From a bacterium (GTDB lineage Bacteria; Electryoneota; JAOADG01), in NCBI GenBank assembly GCA_963681965.1, contig OY820579.1, positions 1,312,001 to 1,376,000 on the forward strand: 64,000 nt of DNA, read 5' to 3'. Both the position numbers and the translations under genes were made by a program. Under the pieces are notes generated by a model. It did not search any database. It saw only the letters and a list, made by a program, of their open reading frames with translations, and was not told the origin of the DNA. Below are positions 8,923 to 17,897 of this stretch, in pieces (positions within the stretch are counted from its first letter, which is position 1; each line of letters starts with the position of its first letter).

Positions 8923-10203
8923 ATGAATGTAATAGAGAACAAGAGCAATAAAAAAAAGGTACAGTTATTCTGGTCCGCAATTTTTAGTATTTATCTCTTT
9001 ATTCTCCTTTTCGTTGGTCGATTTGAAGCAATGACTTTTTCGATAAATAAAATATTGAGTCCACTCTTTGTGCTTATTATTACATTAGTCTTTTTTAAAC
9101 AAATCTATCACTTGCCAATGGAAATGGCTTATTTCGCTGCGTTTGTTGCTTGGTGTGCAACGGGTATCGTTGTTTACATGATTCCTCAATTTTTCTGGCA
9201 ACAATATTTTAGAATAATCGGTGTCTTTTTTCTAACCCTCATTGTCGTACTAATTGTTTCGAGATTTGGAGAAATTAAATACCCTCTGCTGGCAATTTTT
9301 CTAGTAGCAATGGCTTTCCGGTTCCACAGTTTTTTAACTGGATCAGTTTTAGGTCTCGAAAATAGCTCCGAAGCCATCCGAGAGCGAGGTCTAATCGGTA
9401 ATGCAAATGGTTTCGGATTCATTATGTTTACCGGAATTATTAGTATTTTCTACTTCTGGCGAACATCGAAAATGTTTTCGAAAACAATGATAATAATCGG
9501 GATGATTCCCCTTAGTACGGGCATTTTATTATCTGCTTCCCGAAAATCATTTATGACCTTGTTACTTTTCTTTGCGTTGTGGCTCTGGTTTTGCGCTCGA
9601 AAAATGCTCCTCAGAAACAAGTACTATTTCATTCTCAGTGTGTTGTTGATCATTGGCGCCTATCAAGGGACTGGGTATGTCTTGCAAAATACTTACTTAG
9701 GTGTCCGTCTTTCGAAAATGCAAGAAGATGAAGGGTATTTAGGTCAAACCCGCATGAAACTCTATCGTGAAGGGTTTGATATGGTTAAAAAATATCCAAT
9801 CACAGGGGTTGGTCTCGGTAACTATGGATACCATGCATCAAAACAAACCTATGCTCACTCCGATGTCATGGAAGTCTGGTCTACAACTGGTTCGATTGGA
9901 TTGATTCTCTACGTTTCGATGTACATTATGCTTTGGATAAGGATGAATCGGTTGTTAAGAATGAATCTTGATGAAGAACAGCGCTATACGATCAACTTTT
10001 GGAAGGTGCTGATTGTCTCATTTATCATTTTGGGAATCGGAAGACCGAATTTCTCAGATTACATCTTAATGACATTTATGGGGTTAATCATCGGATATGT
10101 TCGATATGTCGAGATCGAAGTACGTAGGAGGATCGCCGCAAAACGCTTTCAATACGAGAACCGTCCCCAACTATCAACAGCAGGTGTACTAAGTAATGCG
10201 TAA
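8923..10203 (+). CDS. O-antigen ligase/polymerase-family (Wzy_C) membrane protein
   Basis: Many TM segments; GNANGFG, LSASRKS, R..LY...PITGVGLGNY...YAHSDVME motifs. Confidence 0.85.
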   Translation: MNVIENKSNKKKVQLFWSAIFSIYLFILLFVGRFEAMTFSINKILSPLFVLIITLVFFKQIYHLPMEMAYFAAFVAWCATGIVVYMIPQFFWQQYFRIIGVFFLTLIVVLIVSRFGEIKYPLLAIFLVAMAFRFHSFLTGSVLGLENSSEAIRERGLIGNANGFGFIMFTGIISIFYFWRTSKMFSKTMIIIGMIPLSTGILLSASRKSFMTLLLFFALWLWFCARKMLLRNKYYFILSVLLIIGAYQGTGYVLQNTYLGVRLSKMQEDEGYLGQTRMKLYREGFDMVKKYPITGVGLGNYGYHASKQTYAHSDVMEVWSTTGSIGLILYVSMYIMLWIRMNRLLRMNLDEEQRYTINFWKVLIVSFIILGIGRPNFSDYILMTFMGLIIGYVRYVEIEVRRRIAAKRFQYENRPQLSTAGVLSNA

Positions 10204-10230
10204 CCGCGATTTACTTCGATATTCGAGGGA

Positions 10231-11394
10231 ATGTACCGAATGACAATTAAGCAGTATTCACCGGATCATTTAACAGTTTGTCATATTAGTAGTATGCATC
10301 CGGTAGACGACGATCGAATTTTTCAGCGCGCTTGTTTTGGTTTGACGAAGATCGGTTGCAAGGTTACTTATCTTGTGACAAATCCCAAATCGGAAACTAT
10401 CCTTGGGGTAGATATTGTCGCATTAACTCCCAGAATCGGTTGGAAACGCCGACTATTTAGCTCGTATGAAGCCTATCGAAAAGGCCGCAAAATTCCGGCC
10501 GATATATATCATTTTCACGATCCCGATCTATTACCTTGGATGTTTTTACTCGCAATTCAAGGAAAACCTGTTGTTTATGATATTCACGAAAACTATCTTG
10601 ACCGATTTACGCGATTCCCATTAACTAAAGTAACCTCTAAGATTTTCAAGCTAGTCGAGAATTTCATCGTTAAAAGGCTTGCCGGTGCAATCACTGTATC
10701 AGATTCTTTGGCTAAATATTATTTACCTGTCGCAAAACGGCACTGTATTGTTCGAAATGTGGTAAGTTTAGCCCGATTGCAGATGGTCAATCTCGATGTT
10801 CCGAAATCCCCAGTTCCATTAATCTACACTTCCGGTATCATCAACGATCGACGGAATTGTCGACAATCGATCGAAGCAATGCCCTACTTGCTTAAACGCG
10901 TCCCCAATGCTCAATTGATGTTTGCCGGATTTTTCGATCCCGACGATTACGCAGAAACCTTAATGAATCTGGCAAAAAAACTGGGCGTCGCCGATCATCT
11001 AATTCTCGGCGAACCAATGCCGTGGCTAGAGAATTTTCAACGGACAATCCGAGCGCACATCGGATTGGTTGTTATGGAAGACACACTTAACGCTAGAGTA
11101 GCACTGTCGAATCGGGTATTTGAATATATGTATTGCAAGATACCCGTGGTTGCCGACGATCAACCCGAATTTCGAAAGCTAATCGAAGAGACTGAATGTG
11201 GTATCCTCACGAATTCTTGCGATCCTGAAAGGTATGCCAACGATATTGCAAACCTTATTGAAAATCCACAACTTGCTGCCAAATTGGGGGCAAACGGAAA
11301 TAAAGCAATTACGACCAAATACAATATGGAACATGAATTGGAAAATATGATGGAGTTTTATCGTCAGATTTTAACCGATGCGGGAAAGAAATAA
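10231..11394 (+). CDS. Glycosyltransferase family 4
   Basis: SSMHPVDDDRIF, YHFHDPDL, VYDIHE, SNRVFEYMYCKIPVV. Confidence 0.9.
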   Translation: MYRMTIKQYSPDHLTVCHISSMHPVDDDRIFQRACFGLTKIGCKVTYLVTNPKSETILGVDIVALTPRIGWKRRLFSSYEAYRKGRKIPADIYHFHDPDLLPWMFLLAIQGKPVVYDIHENYLDRFTRFPLTKVTSKIFKLVENFIVKRLAGAITVSDSLAKYYLPVAKRHCIVRNVVSLARLQMVNLDVPKSPVPLIYTSGIINDRRNCRQSIEAMPYLLKRVPNAQLMFAGFFDPDDYAETLMNLAKKLGVADHLILGEPMPWLENFQRTIRAHIGLVVMEDTLNARVALSNRVFEYMYCKIPVVADDQPEFRKLIEETECGILTNSCDPERYANDIANLIENPQLAAKLGANGNKAITTKYNMEHELENMMEFYRQILTDAGKK

Positions 11395-11443
11395 TTTGCT
11401 GCTGGCTCGCATTGCTGGGTTCGACATTTCAGAGGATTAATGA

Positions 11444-12568
11444 ATGAATAGTCTATTCAACTGGGTGGCAAAAAATAAGAATCTTCGAAAAGCTGTTCCA
11501 CCTTGGCTTCGGCGGTTAGCGCGAAAATCTTCGGTAATTTATCGCTACAATCAATTTCAATGGCGCGCTGACAATCCGTATTATGGAACTCCGACCGAGT
11601 GGCACTACACCGGATCAACCGGAAAAAGAATCGGTATTGTTTTCAGTTTGCAACATGACCATCGGAATTTCATGGCAGCTTGTCAGGAAATGGGCATCTC
11701 GTACGAAGTAGTTGACATTTTTTGCGATGACTGGATCGAAAAGATAAAGCAAAGCAATTGCGAGGTCTTTGTTGCCTGGCCTACTGTAGCAACGACCTTA
11801 TGGAAAGAAATCTTCGACGAACGTATTTATACGTTAGTTAACTTCCTTGGAAAAAAAGTTTATCCTACACTTCCCGAATTCTGGGCATACGAAAGTAAGC
11901 GTCGCGAGCGGGATTGGTTTGTTATTCACAATATCGAACATCCCACGACATGGGTATTTACCGACGAAGATGAAGCATTGAACTTTGTGGAAAAATGCGA
12001 TCTGCCAATCGTTTTTAAAACCAATACTGGCGCCAGCTCCAAAGGGGTTTTAATTCTTCGCGATCGAAGTAAAATTAGAAAACTTGTTCAAAAGACCTTT
12101 AAATATGGGTTTGTTGTTGAGCGAGGAGATCCACGCGATCGACAATGGGGAGTAGTCATTTTTCAACAATACTTACCCAATGCGAAAGAATGGCGGATGG
12201 TCAGAATCGGCGATGCATATTTTTGCAGAATTAAAGGGAAAGCCGGCGATTTCCACAGTGGTTCCGGATCGCTCATTTGGGGCGATCCGCCACGATACCT
12301 CTTGGATCGAATCCGTAAAATCACGACCGACGCTGGTTACACTAGCATGAACATCGACTTCTTCGAAACCGAAGACGGTAAGTTTGTGGTGAATGAAATG
12401 CACACTGTTTTCGGTGGAAATCCGGTCTGTGGAAATGAAAAAATGAAGGGACGATTCCTGTACAATCAGGAAACCGACCAGTGGAATTTCGAGCCCGGTG
12501 ATTTCTACCGCAACGCTTGCGCAAATGCGCGAATAGAATATGTGCTTCAAACGATGCTCAAAGACTAA
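11444..12568 (+). CDS. ATP-grasp (RimK-like) ligase in a glycan locus
   Basis: PIVFKTNTGASSKGV, FQQYL, EWRMVRIG, IDFFE...FVVNE motifs. Confidence 0.8.
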   Translation: MNSLFNWVAKNKNLRKAVPPWLRRLARKSSVIYRYNQFQWRADNPYYGTPTEWHYTGSTGKRIGIVFSLQHDHRNFMAACQEMGISYEVVDIFCDDWIEKIKQSNCEVFVAWPTVATTLWKEIFDERIYTLVNFLGKKVYPTLPEFWAYESKRRERDWFVIHNIEHPTTWVFTDEDEALNFVEKCDLPIVFKTNTGASSKGVLILRDRSKIRKLVQKTFKYGFVVERGDPRDRQWGVVIFQQYLPNAKEWRMVRIGDAYFCRIKGKAGDFHSGSGSLIWGDPPRYLLDRIRKITTDAGYTSMNIDFFETEDGKFVVNEMHTVFGGNPVCGNEKMKGRFLYNQETDQWNFEPGDFYRNACANARIEYVLQTMLKD

Positions 12569-12631
12569 TCCAATTGATAAGTTCTGTCTTGTTGAGAATA
12601 CTATCATCCAGCAAGTTGTAGTGTCGCGACA

Positions 12632-13894
12632 GTGATTCGCAGATCAAGTGAGATAACAACGAAAGAACGGCAACGACTAAAAGTCCTCTTATTGGTAAAC
12701 GGTTTTCCAACCGAGGATTCACCGTCGCGCGGTGTTTTCAATCTGCGTGCTGCGAAAAGTCTCAAACCGTTAGTTGACCTAAAAGTGCTCCAAATTCGGT
12801 ATTGGCGTCCGGGACGAAAAATCTTTTCCATAGTACCCATCGACGATATCGAACGCGGCATCCTTACTGTACCGGTGATACCACCGATCGGATATACCCC
12901 CCTCGATCACTCTACTTACGCGCTTGGTCTGCGCACCTTCCGGTTTTTCGGCTCGCGAATTCTGAAACAATGGCTGGCGGAATGCGATATCATTCATTCG
13001 GTTGGAGCGCAAGAATCCAGTGTTATTGGTAGCTATTGGGCAAAATGCAGTGGTAAACATCACGTTGCGCAAGCGATTGGAACCGATGTCAATTCCGATT
13101 TCAAATTTATGCATCGTTGGTCTACTGTAATTGGTTGGGATAAGTGGGTCCAGGGTGTGTCCTGCAATAGCGCCGCACTTGCAACTGAATTCTTTAAATA
13201 TTATCCGAATGTACCCAATGTCCGAGCGATATACCGCGGAGTTGATGTCGAACAATTCCGACCCGATGGTGACAAATGGGGGCCGTTGGCGCAGATCGAC
13301 CATCCCACCCGCTATTTGTATCTAGGTGGATTGCCAAGCTACAATCCCGAATTCGGTGCGAATATGAAGGGTGGTGTCAATCTAATGGATGCATGGAAAC
13401 AAGCCGAATCTGACGACCGAACGAAACAAACCACCTTGTTATTCGCTGGTCCGAAAGCCGATTGCGAGCAGTCGCGGCAATGGCATCTAACGCTGAAACA
13501 TCCGGAACGAGTCTTCATAACGAATTCAATACATCCAAGCAATTTATCAAAATTGTACCGGTCGGTCGATGTCGTTATTGTCCCGAGTATGGCAGAAGGA
13601 ACGCCAAATGTCGCATTAGAAGCATCTTCTTCAGGATGCGCAGTAATCGGAAGCGATGCCGGAGGTACCCCTGAGATCGTCGAACATGGCAAAACTGGAC
13701 TTATATATCCTAGGGGAGATGCTATACAACTTCGCGAAATACTTCTAGCCTACTCCGATAATTTCGACGCGATCAGCCAAATGGGAAAAGCCGCCCGTGA
13801 CAGAATGGTACAGCATTTTAACAAAGATAACTTTGCCCGAATGATCTTGGAACTCTATTACGATGCAATGAAGCTCCCATTACCCGTCAAGTAA
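12632..13894 (+). CDS. Glycosyltransferase family 4
   Basis: GTDV, GVDVEQF, VPSMAEGTPNVALEASSSGCAVIGSDAGGTPE (EX7E). Confidence 0.92.
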   Translation: MIRRSSEITTKERQRLKVLLLVNGFPTEDSPSRGVFNLRAAKSLKPLVDLKVLQIRYWRPGRKIFSIVPIDDIERGILTVPVIPPIGYTPLDHSTYALGLRTFRFFGSRILKQWLAECDIIHSVGAQESSVIGSYWAKCSGKHHVAQAIGTDVNSDFKFMHRWSTVIGWDKWVQGVSCNSAALATEFFKYYPNVPNVRAIYRGVDVEQFRPDGDKWGPLAQIDHPTRYLYLGGLPSYNPEFGANMKGGVNLMDAWKQAESDDRTKQTTLLFAGPKADCEQSRQWHLTLKHPERVFITNSIHPSNLSKLYRSVDVVIVPSMAEGTPNVALEASSSGCAVIGSDAGGTPEIVEHGKTGLIYPRGDAIQLREILLAYSDNFDAISQMGKAARDRMVQHFNKDNFARMILELYYDAMKLPLPVK

Positions 13895-14144
13895 GAATTG
13901 TACGTACTTCCTTCAATAAAAAAGAATACTAATCTTACCCGATTGTTTCCATATTGAATCCCTATTTCCATTCTCAATTTAGAATCCTGTAAATTTCGAG
14001 GCATTCTGTTAGGATTATGTGTATATTAATTGAAACGATTGATTGGGTGACTGCATCGTAACTGCAGATTGGTCGATCAATCGGAGTAAACTTCACTACA
14101 TTCGGTTCATCTGTTCTCGATACCGAAATTATTCGAGATCAATC

Positions 14145-14864
14145 ATGGTTTTCGATCAATCAGAATTCGATATCCGCTGCGAGTGGGGTAGCCACGGTGC
14201 ACGCGAGCTGGCACCAATCAGCGATGCAGTGATTATCGTCGACTTGATGTCGTTTTCGACATCGGTTTCGATCGCGATCGCTCGCGGTGCGCATGTCATA
14301 CCATTCCGCCGCAATGACCCCACAAAATTTAGTTTCGCCAAATCGCAAAATGCCGAATTGGCAAAATCGCGTGGTTCCGGACCCTATTCACTCTCTCCGG
14401 CATCCATCCAAATGATCCCATCTGGAACAAGATTGGTGTTGCCCTCACCGAACGGTTCGGCGATTTCACTCTCAACCGGAATGACGCCAACATTTGCCGG
14501 ATGTTTAAGAAATGCCAAAGCCGTGGCTCTGGCAGCCCAAAAGTACGGACCGAAGATTGCGGTGATTCCAGCCGGAGAACGCTGGAGTGACGACGATAGT
14601 ATGAGACCGGCATTCGAGGACTTAATCGGTGCAGGTGCTATTATACAACACTTGACCGGTCGATTGTCGCCAGATGCTTTCGCGGCTGTGGCAGCATATC
14701 GTGCTGTAGAAATGAATATTTTTGAAGTATTGATGCAGTGCAGTTCCGGAAAAGAGTTGATCGAGCGAGGTTATGAAAGCGATTTGGAACTGATCGCGGA
14801 TCTGGATGCCGATACTAAAGCGCCTGTGTTAAGAGATGGTATGTATGTGTCGGCGAATCCCTAA
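14145..14864 (+). CDS. 2-phosphosulfolactate phosphatase (ComB family)
   Basis: IIVDLMSFSTS, SLSP, SPNGS, GCLRNA, AGERW, EDLIGAGA; likely ATG at 14145. Confidence 0.88.
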   Translation: MVFDQSEFDIRCEWGSHGARELAPISDAVIIVDLMSFSTSVSIAIARGAHVIPFRRNDPTKFSFAKSQNAELAKSRGSGPYSLSPASIQMIPSGTRLVLPSPNGSAISLSTGMTPTFAGCLRNAKAVALAAQKYGPKIAVIPAGERWSDDDSMRPAFEDLIGAGAIIQHLTGRLSPDAFAAVAAYRAVEMNIFEVLMQCSSGKELIERGYESDLELIADLDADTKAPVLRDGMYVSANP

Positions 14865-14903
14865 CCTAAGTCGATCCGGTTCAAGAATATCATCGGACAA
14901 AAC

Positions 14904-14932
14904 GAAAAAGACGCACAATCGTGCGTCTTTTC
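14904..14932. terminator. Bidirectional intrinsic terminator
   Basis: GAAAAAGACGCAC-AATC-GTGCGTCTTTTC between convergent genes. Confidence 0.8.
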
Positions 14933-14952
14933 AGTTGGATTGGATAATTGGT

Positions 14953-16176
14953 TTATTCGTATCGTAACGCTTCAATCGGATTTGAGGCAGACGCTTTTTG
15001 TGCGGGATAGATCCCGAAAAAGATCCCGACTGCTGCAGAGAATCCGACTGCGATTGCAACCGATTGCGGCGATACGAAAACGACCCACCCGGCAAATTTC
15101 GAGATGATATTTGCTGCAAGAATACCGAGCATCACACCGATAAAACCACCAGCGATCGACAAAGAACTTGCTTCCAACAAAAATTGAGTTCGGATCGCAC
15201 TTCGACGCGCACCCAGCGCCATCCTCAACCCGATTTCGCGCGTTCGTTCCGCGACACTGACCAACATAATATTCATAATCCCGATACCACCGACTATCAA
15301 TGATATTCCGGCGATCGAACCCAGCAAAATGCTTAAAACACCACTAGTTGATCCGGCTAATTGTTGAATATCGGTTTGCGATCGAAGCGAGTACGGCGAC
15401 GATTCTGAACTTGGAACCCGATGCCGTTGCCGAAGTAAAGCATCGACATCCTCGGAAACTTGAGTGATCGCTTTGTCGTTGGCGGCTGAAATCATCATCC
15501 CGCGAATATGATCGTCGTGCGATAATCGGCGCATAACGGTGGTGTACGGGGCGAGAATGATGTCGTCCTGATCCTGACCCATTACATTTTGACCCTTTTT
15601 GTCAAGGACCCCGATAACTTTAAAAGGTATCTTTTTGATTCGAATGGTCTGACCCACTGGATCGTTGCCGTCGGGGAACAATTGATCGACGATTGTCTGA
15701 CCGATTAGGCATATTTTCGCTTGATTTCGTACATCGGAAGCGGTGAAGTTATCGCCCGATACGACTGTCCATTCGCGAATTGCGAGAAAATATTCATTGG
15801 CTCCTTGAATCTGCGTCTGCCAGTTGAGTGCTCCTGCAACAATTTGACCACCCGCGCGGGTTTGAGGGGTAACGAGCGAAACATTCGGAACTTCGTTTAA
15901 AATTGCATCGCAATCTTCCGCATCAATCGAAAAAGTACCCGATCCCGCGCCACCGGAAAAGCCGCGAAAATTGCCACCACCTGGAAAAACCATAATCACA
16001 GAGCTTCCCAGCGAAGCAATTTGATCGGCGACTTGTTTTTGTGCACCGGCACCAACTGCACCCATCGCTACGACAGCACCAACGCCGATAATAATGCCCA
16101 AAGCAGTCAAAAATGCTCGCATGCGATTCCGATTGAGGGCTCGGACTGCTTCTTGAATGATATAGAATAAAGCCAT
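14953..16176 (-). CDS. MacB/FtsX-family ABC permease (no NBD)
   Basis: RAFLTALGIIIGVGAVV and SLIVGGIGIMNIMLVSVAERTREIGLRMALGA; likely ATG at 16176. Confidence 0.93.
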   Translation of the reverse strand: MALFYIIQEAVRALNRNRMRAFLTALGIIIGVGAVVAMGAVGAGAQKQVADQIASLGSSVIMVFPGGGNFRGFSGGAGSGTFSIDAEDCDAILNEVPNVSLVTPQTRAGGQIVAGALNWQTQIQGANEYFLAIREWTVVSGDNFTASDVRNQAKICLIGQTIVDQLFPDGNDPVGQTIRIKKIPFKVIGVLDKKGQNVMGQDQDDIILAPYTTVMRRLSHDDHIRGMMISAANDKAITQVSEDVDALLRQRHRVPSSESSPYSLRSQTDIQQLAGSTSGVLSILLGSIAGISLIVGGIGIMNIMLVSVAERTREIGLRMALGARRSAIRTQFLLEASSLSIAGGFIGVMLGILAANIISKFAGWVVFVSPQSVAIAVGFSAAVGIFFGIYPAQKASASNPIEALRYE

Positions 16177-16240
16177 AATGTTAATCACTCGCTTAAACGC
16201 CAATTTCACTAGCGATTCATTCGCGATACAATTGAATATT

Positions 16241-17491
16241 TTAATGTCCGCTTCGACCGCCACCCGCTGGTGGACCACCCGGACCGCCCGGACCGCCCGG
16301 TCCGCCAGCTCGACTCATGGGATTCAATGGATTAGTACCTTGCGAAGCAGTTGCTTGCTCACTCGCAGTCAGCGTGCCGATTACAATCGAGTCACCTTCT
16401 GCTAATCCTTCAGTCACTTCGATTTCGGATGAAGTTGTCAAACCTACGCGAATCGGTTTCTTGAAGAGGACATTTTTTGGATCAGCCATGTAAACCGTTG
16501 CCCGAGTTGGATCGTTCCGCTCGCGAACTCGTTTTTGAGTAGTGGATTGTTGAGAATTTGTCGAATTAGTTGGCTGTTTATCTGCCGTCGGTCGAAAGCG
16601 CGTTGCCGATGCTGCGATCTTCAAGACACTTTCTATTCGAGCTGTTTCGATTGATACTGTTGCAGTCAAGCCCGGCATCAATTTTCCAGTCCGATTTTCC
16701 ACTCCAATAACGACGGTATAAGTAACGACATTCGAATTTACTTGAGGTGCTAGTCGAACTTGTTCGACTTGTCCCCGAAATGTCACATCTGGAAACGCAT
16801 CAACAGTAAAAGTAGCAGGATTACCTGTGGCAATTTGTCCGATATCCGCTTCATCGACCGATGCCATAAGTCGCATTTTTCCCAAATCTTGCGCAATTGT
16901 GAAGATTGTCGGTGCACTCATACTTGCCGCAACAGTTTGACCGACATCGACATTTCGGGAAATAACGATACCGTCGATCGGGCTGTTGATGTGGGCGTAG
17001 TTTAGGTTCGTTCGAGTTCGGGTTAACCCAGCGCGAGCTGCGGACACATTGGCTTGAGCTGTTTCGTAATCGGCAAGCGCACGATCGTAATCGACTGGAG
17101 CAATTAATTTACTGTTCGCAAGCGACTCGGCGCGCAAGAAATCGCGTTTGGTTGCATTAAAATTCGCAATCGCCTTCGCTAGATTGGCTTCCGATTCATC
17201 GACTTGAGTGGCAAGAAACGTGGTGTCGAGTAACGCCAATTTCTGCCCTTTTCGGACAACATCGTTAAAATCGGCATATAGAGCCGCTATTGTTCCACTC
17301 ACTTGAGATCCAACAGTTACCGTCGTAACTGCTTCCAAGTCGCCAGTTGCATTAACGGTTCGAACAATATCGCCCCGATTCACCCTAGTGTAACGGTAAT
17401 GAACTTGGCCATTGCTTTTTTTCTGAAAGACGAAAAAGAGCGATACACCGATTGCTAACACGATAACAGAAAGAATAATCCAGCGTTTCAT
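16241..17491 (-). CDS. MacA-like periplasmic adaptor (membrane fusion protein) with a Gly/Pro-rich tail
   Basis: VGSQVSGTI...VRKGQ, SPIDGIVISRNVDVGQTVAAS, VDEADIG; C-terminal GGP repeats. Confidence 0.93.
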   Translation of the reverse strand: MKRWIILSVIVLAIGVSLFFVFQKKSNGQVHYRYTRVNRGDIVRTVNATGDLEAVTTVTVGSQVSGTIAALYADFNDVVRKGQKLALLDTTFLATQVDESEANLAKAIANFNATKRDFLRAESLANSKLIAPVDYDRALADYETAQANVSAARAGLTRTRTNLNYAHINSPIDGIVISRNVDVGQTVAASMSAPTIFTIAQDLGKMRLMASVDEADIGQIATGNPATFTVDAFPDVTFRGQVEQVRLAPQVNSNVVTYTVVIGVENRTGKLMPGLTATVSIETARIESVLKIAASATRFRPTADKQPTNSTNSQQSTTQKRVRERNDPTRATVYMADPKNVLFKKPIRVGLTTSSEIEVTEGLAEGDSIVIGTLTASEQATASQGTNPLNPMSRAGGPGGPGGPGGPPAGGGRSGH

Positions 17492-17897
17492 GAGAAAATC
17501 CTGAGAAGGAAATGAAGTTGATCTAGTGCTCGCAAATTAGATAGTCAAAACTCGAGATCCGTTTAATCGGCGAGAAAGAATCGGAAGGAGTTGTGAATCC
17601 ATACATCAATGATTGAGTTGAAGTTACCTAGACCGAAACAATCAACCAATACGATTCGCTAAGCAAAGTGTTGATCGTTCGGTTGATAAATATACGCTCA
17701 ACAATCGAAATATGTTTCATTATGCAAGCACTAGTAAAAATCGCTACTTGGGTCACTGAAGCTGAGGGTTGCCTCAGACTGTGGAATTTCGTAGCTTTAC
17801 CTGAATTTGAAACCTGCCTGCGGACACCGCTGCAGTTCGAACATCACTCAAAGTGCATCATGGTATGGCATTTTCTCCACAAATGAAAGGAAAGCCG

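Noticed and set aside
12173-13692. Long antisense ORFs (e.g. 12779-13303, 174 aa) here and opposite many other genes
   Set aside because: They lie wholly opposite well-supported genes and have no protein-like motifs.
14145-14864. ComB as evidence of coenzyme M synthesis
   Set aside because: No comA/comC/comDE in the window, and stand-alone ComB-family phosphatases are common in bacteria.
16268-16308. 9-bp tandem repeat GGACCGCCC
   Set aside because: It encodes the GGP low-complexity tail of the MFP; not a CRISPR or contingency locus.
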